12,899 nucleotides of DNA from Promethearchaeota archaeon (GTDB lineage Archaea > Asgardarchaeota > Lokiarchaeia > Sigyniarchaeales > SOKP01), in the NCBI GenBank assembly GCA_048940445.1, contig JBHLON010000064.1:1-12899 (forward strand), given 5' to 3'. Below the pieces are notes generated by a model. That model was not told where the DNA came from. It worked only from the letters and a program-made list of their open reading frames with translations, and did no database searches. The position numbers were made by a program, and so were the translations under genes. Positions 7,520-12,899 of the stretch are shown here, piece by piece (the first letter of the stretch is position 1; the number at the start of each line of letters is the position of its first letter).

Positions 7520-8086
7520 TTAAAGATTCTCGATTTTATATTCTTCTGATAATAATTTATATTTTTGATACAATAAGTTAATTATCACATTAAAAGCATT
7601 AATTACGCCTTGACCTGTTTTAGCACTAGTATAATAAAATCCTAAAAATTCATAATCCTTCATTAATTTTTGAATAGCTGAATCATCTATGGTATTTAGA
7701 TCGATCAAATCGATTTTATTGGCAAAAATAACAGTTGGAATATTACTACAATACTGTTTCAAATCATTATACCAACTTAAAATATGATTAAAACTATTTT
7801 CACCTAGTTTTGTCTTTTCTACACTATATACAATTATTGAAGCATTGCTATTTTTGAAAAATGATGGTTTTAAAAAACTAAAATCATCTTGACCAGCTAT
7901 ATCCCACAATAGCAATCGAACATTTACATTTTCAATTTGTTTATTGTAAACAGAAAATTGAGCACCAATAGTTTTTATATACTCTTTGTTAAACGAACTT
8001 TCTGTAAATCTCTTGATTAGAGAAGTTTTTCCTACTCCTCCATCACCTACAACAGTAATTTTAAAAACAAGCCTTATTTCATCCAT
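7520..8086 (-). CDS. Rab/Ras-like small GTPase (Asgard-type eukaryotic signature protein)
   Basis: G1 GDGGVGKTS, G2 YIKTIG, G3 WDIAGQ, G4 NKID, G5 TSAK. Diverged RabF-like segments IGAQF, RLLLW, FFKNS and IVYSVE. No C-terminal Cys prenylation motif. Confidence 0.95.
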   Translation of the reverse strand: MDEIRLVFKITVVGDGGVGKTSLIKRFTESSFNKEYIKTIGAQFSVYNKQIENVNVRLLLWDIAGQDDFSFLKPSFFKNSNASIIVYSVEKTKLGENSFNHILSWYNDLKQYCSNIPTVIFANKIDLIDLNTIDDSAIQKLMKDYEFLGFYYTSAKTGQGVINAFNVIINLLYQKYKLLSEEYKIENL

Positions 8087-8249
8087 TTTTTTATACTATT
8101 GAAAAAATTGTATTAACTAAAAATACACTTTTAGGGTTTTAAAACTTGCCCTCTTCCCATAAAAGTAAATTATCTAAAATTAATAGTCCAATGTTGGTTC
8201 ATTCCATAAAGTATTAATAGATAAATATCTACTATCTAATTAGAAAATA

Positions 8250-10724
8250 ATGCTAAACATAAATTATCCACCTAGTGAAATTTTAAGACCAATTGTTGGT
8301 AAAACTAATTTTGAATTAACTATACTTTGGATGCTTAAAAATAATAAATCTTGTACATGGTCTAGCTTGAAGAAAGTAGTTAAACATTCAACATTATCAT
8401 TATACCTAAAAAGATTAAAAGAACAAGGTTATATTATAAGAGTTGAATTCAATAAATATCAAATCACTCCAAAAGGAACATTACGGTTTAATGAAATATC
8501 TAAAGTTAGGAAAAAAGAAAGAATTCTAAATTATCCACCAAAAGCAATCCTAAAAGCAAGAAATTATGAACATTGGATTCTTTGGATGGTTTATAATAAT
8601 AGTTATTGTAAATGGGTCGATTTTACTAGTGATGGTTCTTCAGTAAAGATTAGCCAGTCATCTTTATCAAAAGCCTTAAATGATTTGAGAGAACATAATT
8701 TGGTAGAAAAAACAGAAAATCAATACAGAATCACAAAATTTGGTAAAGCACAATATTCTAAAATACTTCAGTTGTATGACTTAGATAAACAATCTATTCT
8801 TCGAGAAGAAAGTAAAAGGATTGAAGAACTTACAACCCAAACACTTCAATTCTTTAAAAAGTTTGAGATTTTGGATAATAATATTAGATACCGATTTCTT
8901 TATAATGTCCTAAGATTACCATTTGAAACATTTCAACATAATTTCGATAATAGAGAAGATTTCTATAAAATTCTGTTATTCCTCGCAATAAATCATCCAT
9001 CTCATTACCCCGAGTATATTACTTCAGAAGAATTTTGTAGAAAGTTTAACGTAGAAAGATTAATCCTAGATTTTCATATTCTTCAGATAGTCGATAAAAA
9101 CATATATCCCATCAAATTCTTTAAATTAAAAGTAGACAGTGATAAAATTTACTATTTCCAAGCCGATGAAAAAGTAGAACAAATGCTTAACGCTGTAATT
9201 GAAGAACAAATTTCAAAGTTTACTTACTTAAACAAACTTTTCGAAAAAATACCAAATGAATCATTTAAAATTACTATGGAATCTGCTCTTACAGCAATTT
9301 TAGATGAGACTTGCGATACTATATTTAATGAAGGTTTTAGAAATGCACTAAGCCAATTGTTACCAGGATATATTAAAGATTTAGCCTATAAAATCGAAAG
9401 AGAGAAAAAGTTAATAGATACTTATGATAAACTCGAATGTTTAATCTGGCAAGAAGTTCAGATGTATGAAAAAGCAGAAGTTCAAGCAGATGTAGAAAAA
9501 GTTTATTTTATCAATCCGGAGTTTTTAGAACTTTTAAATCCTCTTTATAGAAGTAACATTGAGGCGATAGTAAAAAAAGTACAGCCTTTTATGGAGAATA
9601 AAGCTTATCTTAAGGTATTAGAGATTTTAGATAAACAAATTGAGAAGGAGCAAAAAAGTCACGAGCTTATAATTTTTAAAGCAATAGTGCTATGTTATTT
9701 AAACCGAAATATTGATGCTATAAATCTAATAGAAAAGGAGATTGTTTTATCCCGACTTAAACAAGAAGATACTTATATTTCGGTAATGTTCATCAAAGTA
9801 ATTAATCATCTAGTTTTGGGAAATTTTGAAAACGCTTCACAACTTTGCAGTAAGTTAAGTATAAAATACCCAAATTCGCCTTTATCCTATGTAGTAAGAG
9901 GTATTGTATATGGTTATAATTCAATTTATCACTATAAGTTAGAAATTGATGAAAGTGAGAACGGATTAGCTGATATTTCTGAATATTTATCATATGAGTC
10001 ATTTAATTATAATAAATCGATATTATACCAATTTAAAAGTCTTATTTTATTAGAATTGAAAGAATTTGAGGAGGCACTTAGAGCAATCGACAAAGCAATT
10101 GATTTAAGTCCTAATATTCTGCATTTCTATAACTCTAAGGTCAAAATCTTCCTTTATTTTAACAAGTTTGATGAGGTATTGAAATTTCTTGATAGTTTTA
10201 TTGTATTATTCCCTGAAAGTGAAATAGAAATCAAGTTGAAAAAAGCCTATGTATTTAAAAAAATGCGTGAGGTTGAATCAGGACTAAAAATTATTGAAGA
10301 ACTAGTTCAAAATTATCCAGATAATAATGAATTGTTAAACTATAGAGCAACTTGGTTACTATATCTAAATCAAAAAGAACAAGCAGTAGAAATGATTAAG
10401 AAATTAATAGATCTCGAACCAAAAAAAAGCTTATTTCATGACACTTACGGAGAAATCTTAATGACGTTTCAAGAGTATAATGAAGCTATTATAGCATTTC
10501 AGAAAGCAATAGAATTAAAACCAGATATATGGTATAAGTTTCAAACTTATATAAAGTTAGGAATTTGTTTCAAGGAGCTTAAAAACTATGATGAAGCATT
10601 AGAAAAACTCCAAATTGGAAAAGAACTCACAAATAAATGTTACTGTAATCAAGATATTAAAGACAAGTGGCTTTCAATAGCTAATGTCTTTATTAAAGAG
10701 ATATTAGAGCTTGAGGATGCTTAA
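8250..10724 (+). CDS. Tandem winged-helix domain + TPR protein (putative transcriptional regulator)
   Basis: Two N-terminal wHTH-like repeats (STLSLYLKRLKEQGYI...YQITPKG; SSLSKALNDLREHNLV...YRITKFG), an unassigned central region and C-terminal TPRs (EEALRAIDKAIDLSP; DTYGEILMTFQEYNEAIIAFQKAIELKP; YIKLGICFKELKNYDEALEKL). Confidence 0.85.
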   Translation: MLNINYPPSEILRPIVGKTNFELTILWMLKNNKSCTWSSLKKVVKHSTLSLYLKRLKEQGYIIRVEFNKYQITPKGTLRFNEISKVRKKERILNYPPKAILKARNYEHWILWMVYNNSYCKWVDFTSDGSSVKISQSSLSKALNDLREHNLVEKTENQYRITKFGKAQYSKILQLYDLDKQSILREESKRIEELTTQTLQFFKKFEILDNNIRYRFLYNVLRLPFETFQHNFDNREDFYKILLFLAINHPSHYPEYITSEEFCRKFNVERLILDFHILQIVDKNIYPIKFFKLKVDSDKIYYFQADEKVEQMLNAVIEEQISKFTYLNKLFEKIPNESFKITMESALTAILDETCDTIFNEGFRNALSQLLPGYIKDLAYKIEREKKLIDTYDKLECLIWQEVQMYEKAEVQADVEKVYFINPEFLELLNPLYRSNIEAIVKKVQPFMENKAYLKVLEILDKQIEKEQKSHELIIFKAIVLCYLNRNIDAINLIEKEIVLSRLKQEDTYISVMFIKVINHLVLGNFENASQLCSKLSIKYPNSPLSYVVRGIVYGYNSIYHYKLEIDESENGLADISEYLSYESFNYNKSILYQFKSLILLELKEFEEALRAIDKAIDLSPNILHFYNSKVKIFLYFNKFDEVLKFLDSFIVLFPESEIEIKLKKAYVFKKMREVESGLKIIEELVQNYPDNNELLNYRATWLLYLNQKEQAVEMIKKLIDLEPKKSLFHDTYGEILMTFQEYNEAIIAFQKAIELKPDIWYKFQTYIKLGICFKELKNYDEALEKLQIGKELTNKCYCNQDIKDKWLSIANVFIKEILELEDA
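8262..8770 (+). repeat. Internal tandem duplication of an ~89-aa wHTH module
   Basis: NYPP..IL...N[FY]E..ILWM..NN..C.W starts at residues 5 and 94. The DNA TAAATTATCCACC occurs at both 8260 and 8527 (267-nt period). Confidence 0.8.
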
Positions 10725-10732
10725 ATTCAAGT

Positions 10733-12568
10733 TTAGTCTCTTGATAACCATTCTGTTGTAATAAAACTTTTAGTAATTAGATCCTCTAAGATGGGATGCT
10801 GTGTTAACTGTATGATATTAAACTTTTTCAAAAAATCATTAAATATTTGCCATATAGAGGAAAGATCTTTCATGTGATTTGTAAAATAGCTTAATTTTTG
10901 TTTTGCGAAGTATGATTGTCCTTTAAATAAGTAACAAACTAAGAATTCTTCAATAGAATTCATAAGTATTGTATGATGCCCAAATTTTGCTCGATCTAAA
11001 CCTTCAGAAAAGATCTCCTTGCTAATTGAATCAAACGTAGTCAAGAATCCACTAAAAAGTTCGTTTGAAAAATCCCATTCTTTAGAAAATGCATGAGAAA
11101 ATGCGGGAATTCCCCCATCAGTTATGATTAAAAGTAATAAGGGTTGCTCTTCTGACAATTGTGGAATATCTACGATTCTTTTTTGAATTAATCTTTTCAT
11201 TTGGTCTTCTATCTGGGTTAACTTTAGCCTTTCACTGAGAGGTGAATTAGATTTCTTTAAATCCTCCCATAGATCTAATTTTCGTAATAATTCATCATGT
11301 TCAGTTGAAATTTTCATTGATAATCGATTGAAGCCATATTTTTCAGCTATTCGTTGTGCTTCAGATAATAGTTGTCGAGCATTTTTGGTATCAAAGATTA
11401 ATAATGCTAATCTCGCTTGTAAAAGTTTTGTTTCAGCAATTAAAGGAAACGAACTATTTTTCTCTGCCAAATCTAGCAATCTAGAAAAATAGGGCTGAAT
11501 TTCCTTAAGTATTCCAAGATCATTTGTATTACGGAGATCTATAAGCAATAAGTCGCATAGATTAAGGAGAGCATCAATATGAGCTTCATACAAAACAACT
11601 TCTTGTTCTACTGCGCTTCTTAATATTTTCTCAGACTTAGAAAGATTACTTGCTCTGGGTTTAGCTTTTAAGAGTAGTGCTTTATTGATCTTATAATTTA
11701 ATTTAATAATCTCATACTCATCAACTTGTTTATTTTTAAGATCCCTCATCTTTTCCAAATAAGTTTGTGCCAATTTAAGATCTTCCTTATCTAAAGCAAC
11801 ATGAAAAAGTGAATCAAGAATAATAGGAATTTTTGAGCTTTTTATATCCTTAGAAAGTTTATAACTTTGGTTAATATATTCAAACGCCTCATCTAGTTTT
11901 CCTTGAATTCTGGATATCCATCCTAAATTATTAAGAGCAATAATAGTATTTTGGATATCATTTAAATCCTTTGCAACAGATAATGCTTGACCATAGGATT
12001 TAATGGCAGTCTCTAAGTTACCTTTTATGCCATAATATGTGCCAAAATTCAGGGTAAATTGCATTATTAATCTTTTATCTTCTACTTCTTTTGCTAATAT
12101 TAATCCTTGTTCTAAACATTTCTTTATAAGATCTAATTCTCCTCTCGCAAAATGAATACCGCCTTTTATAAGAAATAAAGGAGCATAACTTTTTTGAATT
12201 TCTTTAGTTGGATTAGGAAAATGAAGTTTAAAAATTTGTTCTGCTTTATCTATAGATTCAAGAGCTTCTTCTAATTTACCAAACCTCCAGAGGACCCAAG
12301 CAATGAGATTTAAAGCTTCTATTGATTTATCATAGCATCTATCTTTTTCACTTTCAAGAAGAACTGATTCTGCTAGTTCTTGGGCATCTTTTAAATTTCC
12401 AATATCTAAAAATAAAGAACTCTTTAATAGCTGGATTTTAAATAAGGTTTCTTTTGAAAATTGATTGTTCCTCTCTAAATTAGTCACAATATTAAGAGAT
12501 TCTTCAAATTTCCCTTCCTTCTTAAGTTTCTCTGCTTTTTTAAACTCTTCTAAATCGTTATTTACCAT
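10733..12568 (-). CDS. TPR-repeat protein with C-terminal longin-like domain (paralog B)
   Basis: TPRs (ALNLIAWVLWRFGKLEEALESIDKA; ALNNLGWISRIQGKLDEAFEYINQSY). Shares blocks with 2256-4289: AETKLLQA[KR]LAL, KIS[ST]EHDELL, EIFS[KE]GLDRAKFG and CYLFKGQ[TS]Y.AK. Confidence 0.87.
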   Translation of the reverse strand: MVNNDLEEFKKAEKLKKEGKFEESLNIVTNLERNNQFSKETLFKIQLLKSSLFLDIGNLKDAQELAESVLLESEKDRCYDKSIEALNLIAWVLWRFGKLEEALESIDKAEQIFKLHFPNPTKEIQKSYAPLFLIKGGIHFARGELDLIKKCLEQGLILAKEVEDKRLIMQFTLNFGTYYGIKGNLETAIKSYGQALSVAKDLNDIQNTIIALNNLGWISRIQGKLDEAFEYINQSYKLSKDIKSSKIPIILDSLFHVALDKEDLKLAQTYLEKMRDLKNKQVDEYEIIKLNYKINKALLLKAKPRASNLSKSEKILRSAVEQEVVLYEAHIDALLNLCDLLLIDLRNTNDLGILKEIQPYFSRLLDLAEKNSSFPLIAETKLLQARLALLIFDTKNARQLLSEAQRIAEKYGFNRLSMKISTEHDELLRKLDLWEDLKKSNSPLSERLKLTQIEDQMKRLIQKRIVDIPQLSEEQPLLLLIITDGGIPAFSHAFSKEWDFSNELFSGFLTTFDSISKEIFSEGLDRAKFGHHTILMNSIEEFLVCYLFKGQSYFAKQKLSYFTNHMKDLSSIWQIFNDFLKKFNIIQLTQHPILEDLITKSFITTEWLSRD

Positions 12569-12720
12569 TTTTCTTTTTCAAATCTGTTTATATTTTCAGA
12601 AATCATTTATAAGTTTTTATTAAACCCTAGACTAGTTTTCAATATCCTTTACATTGGATATATTAAAATTAAAGGAAGAGAAGAATTATTAACTTAAAAG
12701 CCTTTTTCATCTACTATTTT

Positions 12721-12743
12721 AAAATAAAGTTATAAAAAAATAA
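12721..12743 (-). terminator. Putative oligo-T terminator after the 45-aa ORF
   Basis: Minus strand TTATTTTTTTATAACTTTATTTT immediately after the TAA. Confidence 0.4.
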
Positions 12744-12881
12744 TTATTTTTTCTTATTCAAATAGAACCACGTTTTAGCCTTTGTTCCATAGGAGTAAGT
12801 CGAGACTTTCAAATGCTTAAAATGTGGCTTTGAACCGTTTGGTGGCCGATTTAATTCATACTTTTTCTCTACTACAACCAT
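12744..12881 (-). CDS. Small basic hypothetical protein, 45 aa (absent from the ORF track)
   Basis: Manual translation gives MVVVEKKYELNRPPNGSKPHFKHLKVSTYSYGTKAKTWFYLNKKK*. SD AAGGAGG lies 10 nt upstream. An in-frame TAA at 12897-12899 shows it is not the tail of a longer gene. Alternative ATG at 12890. Confidence 0.65.
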   Translation of the reverse strand: MVVVEKKYELNRPPNGSKPHFKHLKVSTYSYGTKAKTWFYLNKKK

Positions 12882-12891
12882 TTTATTCATT

Positions 12892-12898
12892 CCTCCTT
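12892..12898 (-). promoter_or_regulatory. Strong Shine-Dalgarno site for the 45-aa ORF
   Basis: Minus strand tAAGGAGGaatgaataaaATG. Confidence 0.65.
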
Positions 12899-12899
12899 A

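Noticed and set aside
9802-10002. 66-aa minus-strand ORF
   Set aside because: Lies within the 824-aa gene on the opposite strand, with no supporting signals.
10725-10732. Only 8 nt between convergent stop codons, with no terminator
   Set aside because: Common in compact archaeal genomes; not informative alone.
2256-12568. TPR paralogs as flanking direct repeats of a mobile island
   Set aside because: Similarity is patchy and mostly at protein level; no integrase, transposase, att site or obvious composition shift was seen.
1-12899. CRISPR array, tRNA/rRNA, cobalamin riboswitch, Sec/Pyl recoding
   Set aside because: No periodic repeats or GC-rich structured intergenic segments were seen, intergenic gaps are short, and the genes called end in TAA. 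An Infernal/Rfam scan would be the definitive check.

Overview
AT-rich, gene-dense archaeal window whose gene content points to an Asgard archaeon, probably Lokiarchaeia-like (inferred from a non-prenylated Rab-like GTPase, two paralogous TPR proteins with a longin-like C-terminus, a tandem-wHTH/TPR protein, and a split-type methylmalonyl-CoA mutase). Reading the minus strand in transcription order: an unannotated 45-aa ORF with a strong Shine-Dalgarno (SD) site, then TPR/longin-like paralog B. On the plus strand is the 824-aa wHTH-wHTH-TPR protein. The minus strand then continues with the Rab-like GTPase, a 116-118-aa orphan, an 84-aa orphan with an SD site and terminator, a 744-aa radical SAM enzyme, TPR/longin-like paralog A, a DUF35 Zn-ribbon/OB protein and the MCM large subunit. 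The best candidate for an undescribed system is the radical SAM enzyme. It combines an N-terminal cobalamin-binding domain with a C-terminal 8-Cys SPASM-like domain and lies directly downstream of small precursor-like ORFs, suggesting a RiPP-like or small-protein modification system. No rRNA, tRNA, CRISPR array or transposase was recognised. All assignments are from motif reading only; no database searches were run.
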